From positions 1-33,107 of the forward strand of contig JACPTD010000037.1 of NCBI GenBank assembly GCA_016192955.1: 33,107 nt of DNA, in the 5' to 3' direction. The notes under the pieces are model-generated. The model searched no databases and was not told the origin of the DNA. It saw only the letters and a list, made by a program, of their open reading frames with translations. The stretch's first letter is position 1. The number at the start of each line of letters is the position of its first letter. The position numbers and the translations under genes are program-made. The DNA comes from Candidatus Woesearchaeota archaeon (GTDB taxonomy: Archaea; Nanobdellota; Nanobdellia; Woesearchaeales; GW2011-AR4). Positions 1 through 8,985 of this stretch are shown in pieces.

Positions 1-3
1 GGA

Positions 4-35
4 AGATTCTTCGCCCTGCTGGGCTCTGAATGACA
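4..35. repeat. REP-like short palindromic element of bacterial type
   Basis: AGATTCTTCGCCCTGCTGGGCTCTGAATGACA has a GCCC-TGCT-GGGC hairpin inside ATTC...GAAT. From memory it resembles the bacterial intergenic repeat GATTCTTCGCTGCGCTCAGAATGAC. Only one copy is present here. Confidence 0.45.
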
Positions 36-156
36 TGATAGGCTTGACATGGCACTTTGCTCCCTCGTTGCCTGCTATATATGGTTCCATAGCGGGACTC
101 AAGGGGGTTTTGTGGCATTGTATTGATTCTGTGGGGCGGCTTTGCTAGGGGGGTAC

Positions 157-1062
157 ATGTTTAAAATACGCTTTATTTGCGTTATTTTTTTAGTTGTACT
201 TATAAGTGGAGCGGCTCAAGGTTTTTCGATAAAGCAAAGCCGGTTTTTTTATGCTGGGGATGGAGTTTTGGTGCTTGATCGTAAGATTCGGTTTCGGGAT
301 GTGCAAGGGAATTATCTTGAACCAGGGTTAAAGGAAATTCACCGGGCTTTTGGGGCGCCTTGGGCCCTGCCTTATGAAAGGCTTTCGCTGCGTTTCATTG
401 AAATGCTCGATTATTTGCAAGAGCAATTTAATCATGGGGCCTTCTCGATACGCTCGGGGTATCGTAGCCCCAATGCAAATCAGAGCTTGCGAAAAAAAGG
501 CAAACTGGCGGCCATGAGTAGCATGCATATTGAAGGGGCGGCGGCGGATTTATATTTGCAAGGTGCTTCTTCGCAAAAAATATTTGCCACCGTGCGAGAT
601 TGGCAATGTTGTGGGATTGGATATTACGGGTCACAGCATTTTCATCTTGATACGGGCCCGGCGCGCTGGTGGGATCAAAACACCTCGAAAACAGAATCCC
701 AAGCGCCACAAGAAAATGAAAAAATTATCATTCAAACCACCCAAGATATTTATTTTTTGGGTGAAAAAATTGATCTGCAATTTATGCGGGTCACTAATTA
801 TCCGATTGATGTTAATACAACTGTAACGGTAGAGTCAAAAAATAAATCTCTTAAACTTGATTTGCGAAGTGATATGACAAACTTGAATGCTTGTATGACG
901 TTGAAGAATCGATCGGAGGGAAGGCAATTATCTATTCATTTGCCTGAAAAAAAATTGGAAGCTGGGCGATATCAAATCAAAATTACTTTTTGTAATAAGC
1001 GTGATTATGTTCTATATATTTATCTTTATTTCTTTGGTACTCTAATTTTCTATATTCAATGA
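157..1062 (+). CDS. YcbK/DUF882 family (peptidase M15A) secreted Zn D,D-peptidase; C-terminus after ~1009 probably not native
   Basis: N-terminal signal peptide. Motifs SGYRSPxxNxxL, SMHIEGAAAD (H-x6-D) and GIGYYG..FHLDTGPARWW. G-rich RBS before ATG157. The tail VLYIYLYFFGTLIFYIQ reads like antisense of the neighbouring gene. Confidence 0.8.
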   Translation: MFKIRFICVIFLVVLISGAAQGFSIKQSRFFYAGDGVLVLDRKIRFRDVQGNYLEPGLKEIHRAFGAPWALPYERLSLRFIEMLDYLQEQFNHGAFSIRSGYRSPNANQSLRKKGKLAAMSSMHIEGAAADLYLQGASSQKIFATVRDWQCCGIGYYGSQHFHLDTGPARWWDQNTSKTESQAPQENEKIIIQTTQDIYFLGEKIDLQFMRVTNYPIDVNTTVTVESKNKSLKLDLRSDMTNLNACMTLKNRSEGRQLSIHLPEKKLEAGRYQIKITFCNKRDYVLYIYLYFFGTLIFYIQ

Positions 1063-1750
1063 CTTTGTCGTTATGCAGTTTAATTTTTGAATAATTTTTT
1101 CCATTCAAATGACCTAACTTATAATACAAACTTGGAACTACGAATGATTTTATCATTTTTAAGAACTTATCAGCCTGTATTTTCGGTAGTATTATTGTAT
1201 AACAGAATGAATTATTTTTGGTCCTTTTATGTATTTGTGAATCAATTCCGAATCTCTTTTTCAACCAATTTTTAATAATGATGTGCTCTGAGTAATTAAA
1301 AGAATCAGTCCCAAAACCACATCTACCATCCCCATAATGGTAATATCCATCATCCATATACCAAATAGCTAAACCTAATACATTAAATTCATTTAGGAAC
1401 TTTTTGGTTATGTTTTTCCTTCTATTTTTGTATAAAACTTTGTGGTAATCTGTTAGTATAGGATTTACTTTCGACCAAATCAATATAGAATCATAAGTTT
1501 TGCATGTTCTTTTATCATAGGTAGAATATTGATAAAACTTAGTATTAAAAATATTTAGGAATTGGTCTTTCCAAATAAGGTATTCTTTTTGTTTTAACCC
1601 ATGAAGTTCATAGTAATATGCATTTTTACCACCTTTGCATATTTTTAAACTTCCGTCCCCAAGCAAGCTACCTAAAAGCACTTGCTTTACATCCTCATCT
1701 ATTTTAAATTCTTCTAATTCCATTTTTTGATTGTTTATATTTGAAATCAT
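983..1750 (-). CDS. Free-standing LAGLIDADG homing endonuclease (LAGLIDADG_2, I-SceI-like double motif)
   Basis: Motifs VLLGSLLGDGSL and GLAIWYMDDG plus QKEYLIWK. RBS GGTGA 5 nt before the ATG. No intein splice residues. Confidence 0.85.
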   Translation of the reverse strand: MISNINNQKMELEEFKIDEDVKQVLLGSLLGDGSLKICKGGKNAYYYELHGLKQKEYLIWKDQFLNIFNTKFYQYSTYDKRTCKTYDSILIWSKVNPILTDYHKVLYKNRRKNITKKFLNEFNVLGLAIWYMDDGYYHYGDGRCGFGTDSFNYSEHIIIKNWLKKRFGIDSQIHKRTKNNSFCYTIILPKIQADKFLKMIKSFVVPSLYYKLGHLNGKNYSKIKLHNDKVIEYRKLEYQRNKDKYIEHNHAYYKK

Positions 1751-1884
1751 TTAAATCACCGAGTTTTATTTGGTTGAAATTACGTAAATGATTTTCAGCT
1801 TTAGCGAAAATCACAATTTGGTAGTTGAAACATTATTTGAGGTGATTAAATGATGGAAAATTATCAAAAAATGAGTAGAATTAG

Positions 1885-1915
1885 TTTATAAATGTGACGT
1901 GAGGATGTCCAGTGG
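1885..1915 (-). promoter_or_regulatory. TATA box (TTTATAAA, 1885-1892) with upstream CCACTGGACATC motif (1904-1915)
   Basis: The same 12-mer and the same 11-nt spacing to a TATA-like 8-mer occur upstream of MCM. Confidence 0.55.
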
Positions 1916-1970
1916 TAGTTCTATTCAAAAGGAGTAACTTTTTAAATAAAATCCCCTTTATCTGGCATTC

Positions 1971-2831
1971 ATGAAAAGAAAAGATGTGGAGTTTAATGAG
2001 GATTTGATAGATTGTATAAACTTTCTTTTAAGAGAACAAGAGAAATCTTTCTGGTTTTCACAGTATGTTTTCAAAAAGAAGTGGGGAGAAAGTCGAGGCC
2101 AAGAACTTCATACTTTTTTGTCATATAATAACGCTCTTTCTAGAGAAGGAACTAAAATAAGAATAATAATTCCAGAAGGAATAAGATTAAGAGAAGAGGC
2201 ACAATTAAGAATAATTGCTAAAGAACAAAAGGTAATAAGCAAAAAACAAACAGATATTCAGAATAAGCAATATTGGATTAATATAATCTTAATCATAATA
2301 TTCTCTTTACAATTGATATCCACATCATTTATTGGTTGGCAGACAATTAAACTTCAATATAATTTCCCAGATATAATTTTATTTACAAATCCTGACCATA
2401 ATTTTATAAATGTGAATAAAAAAATAGATAAGTTTAATCATTATAGAATTTATGTATTCAATCAAGGTAAAGCACCATGTCTGGACCTAAAGATTAACAA
2501 TATAAAATTTGCAAAAAATATAAACAGGATAATTAGTGCTAAATCAAATAACCCAATTAATGAATTCTTAGGAATTGAACAAGAATATTATACTTTATTG
2601 AATAAAAATTGTTTTTTTGACATAAGGAATAATGAGACTTTTTGTAATCCCTATATAGGTCTTATAAAACCTAATGAGGTTATATCACTTGGAGTAGAAG
2701 TAGATATAGCACATTACGAAAATACTATCCACAGCATAGATAGAAAAATAAATTTTGATATAGAGGCAAACTGTATAGGCAGCAAGTTTAAACTTCCAGT
2801 AACTGTGGTATTAGATACTAGCAAACCATGA
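1971..2831 (+). CDS. Hypothetical AT-rich membrane protein (one TM helix)
   Basis: 286-aa ORF with hydrophobic segment YWINIILIIIFSLQLISTSFIGW. TTTTTAAA box about 25 nt upstream of the ATG. Confidence 0.7.
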   Translation: MKRKDVEFNEDLIDCINFLLREQEKSFWFSQYVFKKKWGESRGQELHTFLSYNNALSREGTKIRIIIPEGIRLREEAQLRIIAKEQKVISKKQTDIQNKQYWINIILIIIFSLQLISTSFIGWQTIKLQYNFPDIILFTNPDHNFINVNKKIDKFNHYRIYVFNQGKAPCLDLKINNIKFAKNINRIISAKSNNPINEFLGIEQEYYTLLNKNCFFDIRNNETFCNPYIGLIKPNEVISLGVEVDIAHYENTIHSIDRKINFDIEANCIGSKFKLPVTVVLDTSKP

Positions 2832-2853
2832 TATTTTTAATCTTTTCCTTTAA

Positions 2854-3282
2854 TCATATACTTACCAAAACAGCCCCGCCCACGATCATCAAAGTGCCTA
2901 TTATGATCCTAATCATTTGCGACATGTTTGGAACTTCTTTCAATAAAATTATCCCTAATATCACTGCAATGATGGTGTTGGCATTGTAAATCGGGGCAAG
3001 CTGCGCCACATTGCCTTTGTTTGCTATTGCTACTGCGATTGCAAGAAAGCCGATTGCCCAAATCACTCCCGCAATTAAAGCAAGCAAAGTTGACTTCAAC
3101 TCAAACTGCAAATTCGGCTTTGCAAAATAATAAAACAAAAATACAGTAGAAATTCCGACTCCGAAGATAAGGCTTGCATAAGCCGGATTTAAATTTCCTT
3201 TCTGTATGGCAATTTTAAAAATTACGGTGTTTATTCCAAAACAAATCGCCGCAACAATCCCATAAAAAACCCAGCTTTCCAT
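2854..3282 (-). CDS. EamA/DMT family small transporter (single domain)
   Basis: 142 aa with about 5 TM helices. Motifs GNVAQLAPI and ILGIILLKE...IIGTLMIVGGAVL. Confidence 0.85.
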   Translation of the reverse strand: MESWVFYGIVAAICFGINTVIFKIAIQKGNLNPAYASLIFGVGISTVFLFYYFAKPNLQFELKSTLLALIAGVIWAIGFLAIAVAIANKGNVAQLAPIYNANTIIAVILGIILLKEVPNMSQMIRIIIGTLMIVGGAVLVSI

Positions 3283-3283
3283 T

Positions 3284-4237
3284 TTATCTCTTTTTATTCA
3301 CAAACTTCATAACTTCTTCCGCAATTGACTCTGAATCCATCCCGTACTTCTTATACAATTCATCAGGCTTTCCTGACTCAGCATATGTGTCTTTCAACCC
3401 AATCCTTTTCATAATGCACGGATAGTTCTCGCCAAGCACCTCAGCAACTGCACCACCTAATCCTCCAACTATGTTGTGATCCTCTGCCGTAACAACACAA
3501 CCGGTTTTTTTTGCCAAATCTATGATTAAATCTGCATCAATAGGCTTTATCGTATGCATGTTGACAACATAAACTTTTATGTCTTCACTTTCAAGAATTT
3601 CAGCTGCCTTCAAAGATTCATGCGCCATTGTGCCAGTCGCGAAAATAACAGCGTCTTTGCCCTGTTTCATAATCTCGCCTTTGCCAATTTCAAAATTGTA
3701 ATCATTACTATGAATCACTGGGAGGGGATTGCGATGCATCCTCATGTAGCTTGGCCCTTTGTAGCCAGCCAATGCAAAAACCATCTTTTCAGCTTCAACA
3801 AAATCACACGGCTGCAAAACAATCATATTCGGCAAAGCCCTGTAAATTGCAATGTCCTCAATTGCCTGTGCGCTTTTCCCGTCTTCACCGGTTGCAATTC
3901 CAGCATGGCTCCCAGCAATCTTAACATTTAACTTGTTCCTTGAAACAACATTTCTCACAAACTCATAAGCCCTTTCGCTGAAAATCGCAAATGTGCTTGC
4001 ATATGGTATTTTGCCGGAAAAAGCCAATCCAGCAGCTGCGCCAATCAGGTTCTGCTCCGCAATTCCCATCGAAAAAAACCTTTCCGGAAACTGCTTTGCG
4101 AAATATTCGCTTCTTGTGCTGTCGCTTAAATCAGCGTCTAGGGCAACAACATTTGGGTTTATTTTGCCCAATTCCAGCAAGGCTTTTCCATAGCCATCTC
4201 GAGTTGCTAATTTTTGTTGTTCCATTTTATTTGGCAT
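3284..4237 (-). CDS. Transketolase C-terminal subunit
   Basis: ATRDGYG, VVALDADLSDST, GIAEQNLIG, GEDGKSAQ, TIKPID, TAEDH..GGLG. Confidence 0.95.
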   Translation of the reverse strand: MPNKMEQQKLATRDGYGKALLELGKINPNVVALDADLSDSTRSEYFAKQFPERFFSMGIAEQNLIGAAAGLAFSGKIPYASTFAIFSERAYEFVRNVVSRNKLNVKIAGSHAGIATGEDGKSAQAIEDIAIYRALPNMIVLQPCDFVEAEKMVFALAGYKGPSYMRMHRNPLPVIHSNDYNFEIGKGEIMKQGKDAVIFATGTMAHESLKAAEILESEDIKVYVVNMHTIKPIDADLIIDLAKKTGCVVTAEDHNIVGGLGGAVAEVLGENYPCIMKRIGLKDTYAESGKPDELYKKYGMDSESIAEEVMKFVNKKR

Positions 4238-5082
4238 TATTTAAACTTCTTAACATCAATCTTCTCAATCTCTTCCATTGCTTTTTTATACTCTTCATCA
4301 TTCGGCGCTTTTCCATGAAATTTGTAATTCAATTCCATGAATGAAACCCCTTTGCCCTTGATAGTGTTGGAAACAATGATGGTCGGCTTTTTATTCTTAG
4401 TTTTTGAGGCTTTATCAAGAGCCTTTACAATTTGTGACATATCATGCCCGTTAATGTCAATGACATTCCATCCAAAAGCTTTCCACTTCAATGAAACATT
4501 TCCAATGTCCATAATTTCCTTTGTCTTGCCAGTCTGCTGGACTTGGTTTTTGTCAAGCACTGCAATTAAATTGTCCAGCTTATAGAACGCTGCTGCCATA
4601 GAGGCTTCCCAGACAGCGCCTTCTTGCGCTTCTCCATCGCCGATCATTGCATAAACATTGCAGTTCCTTTTGTCAAGCCTGCAAGCTAGTGCAATTCCAA
4701 GCGCAAAGCAGATTCCTTGGCCAAGAGCGCCGCCAGCAAAATCTACTCCCAGCGTGCTTAGCTCAGGATGCCCTTGCAGCATTCTGCCCATTTTTCTATA
4801 TCCATTTAATTCAGATTTTTGGAAATATCCCTTGTCAGCCAAAACAGCGTATAGTGCAGGGCTGCAGTGGCCTTTGCTCAGGATAAACCTGTCCCTGTCC
4901 TGCCACAGAGGATTTTTTGGATCAATCCTTAATTTGTGGTAATAAAGCCCAACAAGCACGTCTATTGCGCTTAAAGAGCCGCCAGGATGGCCTGACTGGG
5001 CATTGTAAATCATAGAAATAATCTCTTTTCTAAGCTCTTTTGCCTTCTGCTTTAAGCCTAAAACCAATTCCCTTTTCGCCAT
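4237..5082 (-). CDS. Transketolase N-terminal (TPP-binding) subunit
   Basis: SGHPGGSLS, RDRFILSKGH, LQGHP, GDGEAQEG TPP motif, TIKGKGVSFME. The stop overlaps the next start by 1 nt. Confidence 0.95.
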   Translation of the reverse strand: MAKRELVLGLKQKAKELRKEIISMIYNAQSGHPGGSLSAIDVLVGLYYHKLRIDPKNPLWQDRDRFILSKGHCSPALYAVLADKGYFQKSELNGYRKMGRMLQGHPELSTLGVDFAGGALGQGICFALGIALACRLDKRNCNVYAMIGDGEAQEGAVWEASMAAAFYKLDNLIAVLDKNQVQQTGKTKEIMDIGNVSLKWKAFGWNVIDINGHDMSQIVKALDKASKTKNKKPTIIVSNTIKGKGVSFMELNYKFHGKAPNDEEYKKAMEEIEKIDVKKFK

Positions 5083-5201
5083 GTTATCTCTGCAATATTC
5101 TTGGGTAGTATATCAATCCTGCTTTCCATCCAGAATTTGTTTTATTTTTTATACTTTTGCATTGTCAATAATAAAAATAAGAAACAAAGCAAAAAAAAGA
5201 A

Positions 5202-6014
5202 TTATCTCTTTATAACTTCTGTTGCTGGCTTCATATTTTTCCATGCAAGCTCAAACAAATTTTCCAGGGCGCTTGCAAAAAAAGGCGTGTTCACCCATAT
5301 CCCGACATCATAAGTTGGATGTACTTCGTTGTCATCAAGCACCATGAAGATTATTTCCTTTCCGTCAACAATGCAGAACCTTGCCTTTGTGTCTGTGTTT
5401 TTTACTTCTGCAATGCCTTGAAGCTCCTTTAAAGCAGGCAAAGCTTCTTTTGTGATTGGCGCAGCTATCCTTATCTTTACACCTCTTTTCTTTAATCTCT
5501 CAAAGGTTGGCTTAAACCCCTCCACCTTTCTTAAAAATCCTTGAGAAGTTGTCATTAAGGTTACGCTTTCCTCTGCGTTTCTTATTGTCAATTCCAAGTG
5601 ATTATACAAATTATGCCTTCCCCTCAATGAGCCGCTTAAGTCAGCGGGCTCAACAAGCTCAACACCCTGTGTGTGCAAAGTGCTCAATTCATCCACAAGC
5701 TCTGTGTTCTTCAGGTCGCTTAGCTTTTTGATTTCCTCTTTTGCGTTTGTTTCAACGTTTTTCTTCACCCTTTCAACAACCTCTTTTGGAGGGACTGCTA
5801 TGTACTTTATAGGCTTGCCAAGCTTCATTATAACAAAACCTTTCTTTTCAAGCGATTCCAGAACATCATAGCTTCTTGACCTTGGAACGTTTGCTATGTC
5901 GCTCAACTCTCCTGCTGTTGAAACTCCCCTGCTGAGAAGAGCAGTCCAGATTTTAACTTCATAACTATTCAACCCAAAGCCCCTAAGCTGCTTTTCTGTT
6001 TTCTGGGTGAGCAT
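5202..6014 (-). CDS. TrmB family transcriptional regulator
   Basis: GLNSYE...TAGELSDIANVPRSRSYDVLESLEKKGF winged HTH and a PLD-like C-terminal domain (RGVKIRI, ARFCIVDGKE). TTTTTAAA at 6037-6044 on the minus strand. Confidence 0.9.
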   Translation of the reverse strand: MLTQKTEKQLRGFGLNSYEVKIWTALLSRGVSTAGELSDIANVPRSRSYDVLESLEKKGFVIMKLGKPIKYIAVPPKEVVERVKKNVETNAKEEIKKLSDLKNTELVDELSTLHTQGVELVEPADLSGSLRGRHNLYNHLELTIRNAEESVTLMTTSQGFLRKVEGFKPTFERLKKRGVKIRIAAPITKEALPALKELQGIAEVKNTDTKARFCIVDGKEIIFMVLDDNEVHPTYDVGIWVNTPFFASALENLFELAWKNMKPATEVIKR

Positions 6015-6088
6015 AATCTTTAGAATGGGTGTGTTGTTTAAAAATGTTTTGTTTTTTATTATTATTAAGTGGTGAAGTGGTATGACTT

Positions 6089-6225
6089 ACCCTGTTGCTT
6101 CCTGTGGAGATTCGTGTTTATTGTGTTTGAATTTGTTTGCATATCATTTTTATTTCTATATAGAAAACAAATTAACAAAAAATATAAAAAAACAAACAAC
6201 AAAACTCCATAGGAAATTGGGGGGT
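6089..6225. other. Probable replication origin oriC: two inverted ORB elements flanking an AT-rich DUE
   Basis: Minus-strand 6089-6110 TCTCCACAGGAAGCAACAGGGT and plus-strand 6204-6225 ACTCCATAGGAAATTGGGGGGT share CTCCA-N-AGGAA...GGGT. They enclose about 93 bp of AT-rich DNA directly upstream of cdc6. Confidence 0.8.
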
Positions 6226-6274
6226 AGCACTAATAAAGAAAATATTTAAATACCTACATTTCGTATGGAAAAAT

Positions 6275-7483
6275 ATGGCTGAAAGGGGGTTGGATGTGTT
6301 TTTTGAAGCGTTTTTGAGAAAAGAAAGCGTCTTTTTTGACAAAAGGACACTACAATCCACTTATATCCCAGAAACAATACCCCACAGGGAAGAACAAACC
6401 AAACAGCTTGCTAATATAATTGCCCCTGCCTTAAAAGGAGATAAACCCTCTAATATATTTATTTACGGTAAAACAGGCACAGGAAAAACACTAACAACCA
6501 AATACACAACGAAAAAACTGATAGAGGCAGCAGAGAGAGAAAAAACACCGCTCAATGTAATATACATCAACTGCAAGCTAAAAAGAAGCGCAGACACGGA
6601 GTACAGGCTAATCGCGCAACTGGCAACAGAACTTGGAAAAAGCATACCACCAACCGGTTTGCCAACAGAAGAGGTTTACAAAGCATTTCTAAGGGCATTA
6701 AACAAGCAGGACAAAACACACATACTAATTTTAGATGAGATAGACCAGCTCGTAAGCAAAACAGGAGACAATGTTCTTTACAACCTTACAAGAATAAACG
6801 AAGAGCACACAAAATCACAAATCTCCATAGTGGGAATATCAAACGACATCATGTTTGTGGATAACCTTGACCCAAGGGTTAAATCCTCACTTTCTGAAGA
6901 AGAGATTGTTTTCCCGCCTTACAACGCACTGCAGATACAATCAATATTAAAACAGAGGGCAGAGCTGGCATTCAATAAAGATGTCCTGCAGCAAGGCGTC
7001 ATAGAAAAATGTGCTGCGTACGCCGCCCGCGACCACGGGGATGCAAGAAGGGCACTTGAGCTTTTAAGGGTTGCTGGCGAAGTAGCTGACAGAAAAAATG
7101 ACAAGAAAATCACAACAACCCACATAGACGAGGCAGAAGAAAAAATTGATAGGGACAGGATAATTGATATAGTTGTCACGCAGCCAAAGCAGTACCAGCT
7201 GGTGCTTTATTCTATTCTTTCGCTTCAGCCGCGTAGAAACAAGAGCATATTCACCGGCGAGGTTTATGAGATATATAAATCATTATGCAGCAGAACCAAC
7301 ACAAGCATCCTGACCCAAAGGAGGGTTTCTGACATCATATCGGAATTCGACATGCTCGGGATGGTGAATGCCAAGGTCATATCGAAAGGGAGGTACGGAA
7401 GAACAAGAGACATTTCGATTGAAATACCAGAAACAACACTGCCAAGAATAAGAAGAATATTAGAGGAAAACATAAGAGTCTAA
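6275..7483 (+). CDS. cdc6: Orc1/Cdc6 replication initiator
   Basis: YIPETIPHRE, Walker A GKTGTGKT, Walker B ILDEID, GDARRALELLR, C-terminal wH SKGRYGRTR. Confidence 0.97.
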   Translation: MAERGLDVFFEAFLRKESVFFDKRTLQSTYIPETIPHREEQTKQLANIIAPALKGDKPSNIFIYGKTGTGKTLTTKYTTKKLIEAAEREKTPLNVIYINCKLKRSADTEYRLIAQLATELGKSIPPTGLPTEEVYKAFLRALNKQDKTHILILDEIDQLVSKTGDNVLYNLTRINEEHTKSQISIVGISNDIMFVDNLDPRVKSSLSEEEIVFPPYNALQIQSILKQRAELAFNKDVLQQGVIEKCAAYAARDHGDARRALELLRVAGEVADRKNDKKITTTHIDEAEEKIDRDRIIDIVVTQPKQYQLVLYSILSLQPRRNKSIFTGEVYEIYKSLCSRTNTSILTQRRVSDIISEFDMLGMVNAKVISKGRYGRTRDISIEIPETTLPRIRRILEENIRV

Positions 7484-7484
7484 C

Positions 7485-8984
7485 ATGGAACAGGAGCTTG
7501 TTAAAAAAAAACGAGAAATTATTGATTTTTTTCTGAAGAACGGGGTTTTAATAAGCACAAACCTATTAAATGAAATCAACAATTATGGGAACATCTCCAA
7601 AGTATTTGAACTATTGAAATCAAAAACAATTGATGACCCGCTTGTCATGGATTTGGATTTAAACAAGCTAATAAACGAGGCAAATAGGCAAAACACAGAA
7701 ACAACAAAAGAAGTTCAACACAGAAACCAAGTCAAAGTGACATTTTCTTATAAAGAGGAGCCAAAAAAAAGAGACCCTAGAGACTTTGTTGATTATTTCA
7801 CCAACAGGTACAAGGCACTGGAAAAAATCCTGAAGCAGCATCAGGAGCTTAAAGACACGATCTCAATAAATAAGCTGACAAGCAAAAAAGATAAAGAAAG
7901 CACATCAATAATCGGCATAGTCAGCAGCAAGCAGACAACTAAGAACGGAAATTTGCTTCTTGTGATTGAGGACCCAACAGGGCAAAGGAGAGTCATCATA
8001 AACAAAAACAAATTATCATTATTCAACGAAGCCAAGGACATCGTTTTGGACGAGATTATCGGCGTCACTGGAGTTAATGTGGACACAATCACATTCGCTA
8101 ACAACATAATCTGGCCGGACACGCCTACAAACAGGGAATTAAAGAAGGCTGAAAATGAATCATACGCTTTGTTCTTGTCAGACCTTCATGTTGGATCATC
8201 AAAATTCCTCCCAGATGATTTTGAAAAGTTTCTTAGATGGGTAAATGGAGAGATGGGAAATGAGCAGCAAAGGCATATAGCCAACAATATTGAATATATT
8301 TTTATCGCGGGGGACTTGGTGGATGGATGCGGCATATACCCTGAGCAGGACAAAGAGCTTGCAACAAAAGACATATACGAGCAATACAGGGAATGCGCTG
8401 AATTGTTAAAACAGATACCGCAGCACATACCATTAATCATTTGCCCAGGCAACCATGACGCCTTGAGGATTTCAGAGCCGCAGCCGCCATTGTCGAAAAA
8501 TTTTGCCAGCGCCATGTATGAATTGAACAATGCAATAATGGTTTCAAACCCGTCTTTGATCAACATAAACTCATCAGACAACTTCCCGGGATTTGATGTG
8601 CTGATGTATCATGGATATTCCTTTGACTATTTTGTTGCAGAAGTAGATTCGCTGAGAAACCAGGGAGGGTATGACAGGGCAGACCTTATCATGAAATTCT
8701 TATTGAAGAGAAGGCATCTTGCGCCAACCCATTTGTCAACGCTATACCTTCCAGACACAAAAAAAGACCCGTTGGTTATTGAAAAAGTTCCTGACTTCTT
8801 TTTGAGCGGGCACATACACAAAACAGCGACAACTAACTACAGGAATACAACTTTAATATGCGGAAGCTGCTGGCAAAGCAAAACCATGTTCCAGGAGAAA
8901 GTTGGCCACAATCCCGAGCCAAGCAGGGTCCCAATCGTAAATCTGCAGACAAGAGATATTAAAATACTGAAGTTTGGGCACTAA
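7485..8984 (+). CDS. polB: DNA polymerase D small subunit DP1 (proofreading exonuclease)
   Basis: OB fold (IEDPTG) and phosphoesterase motifs SDLHVGS, AGDLVDG, PGNHD, YHG, GHIH. Confidence 0.95.
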   Translation: MEQELVKKKREIIDFFLKNGVLISTNLLNEINNYGNISKVFELLKSKTIDDPLVMDLDLNKLINEANRQNTETTKEVQHRNQVKVTFSYKEEPKKRDPRDFVDYFTNRYKALEKILKQHQELKDTISINKLTSKKDKESTSIIGIVSSKQTTKNGNLLLVIEDPTGQRRVIINKNKLSLFNEAKDIVLDEIIGVTGVNVDTITFANNIIWPDTPTNRELKKAENESYALFLSDLHVGSSKFLPDDFEKFLRWVNGEMGNEQQRHIANNIEYIFIAGDLVDGCGIYPEQDKELATKDIYEQYRECAELLKQIPQHIPLIICPGNHDALRISEPQPPLSKNFASAMYELNNAIMVSNPSLININSSDNFPGFDVLMYHGYSFDYFVAEVDSLRNQGGYDRADLIMKFLLKRRHLAPTHLSTLYLPDTKKDPLVIEKVPDFFLSGHIHKTATTNYRNTTLICGSCWQSKTMFQEKVGHNPEPSRVPIVNLQTRDIKILKFGH

Positions 8985-8985
8985 A

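Noticed and set aside
44..81. Bacterial sigma70 promoter (TTGACA at 44-49)
   Set aside because: No -10 box at a 16-18 nt spacing.
1850..1891. Short plus-strand ORF MMENYQKMSRISL with a GAGGTGA RBS
   Set aside because: Only 13 codons. The RBS-like sequence is explained as the arm complementary to the endonuclease RBS.
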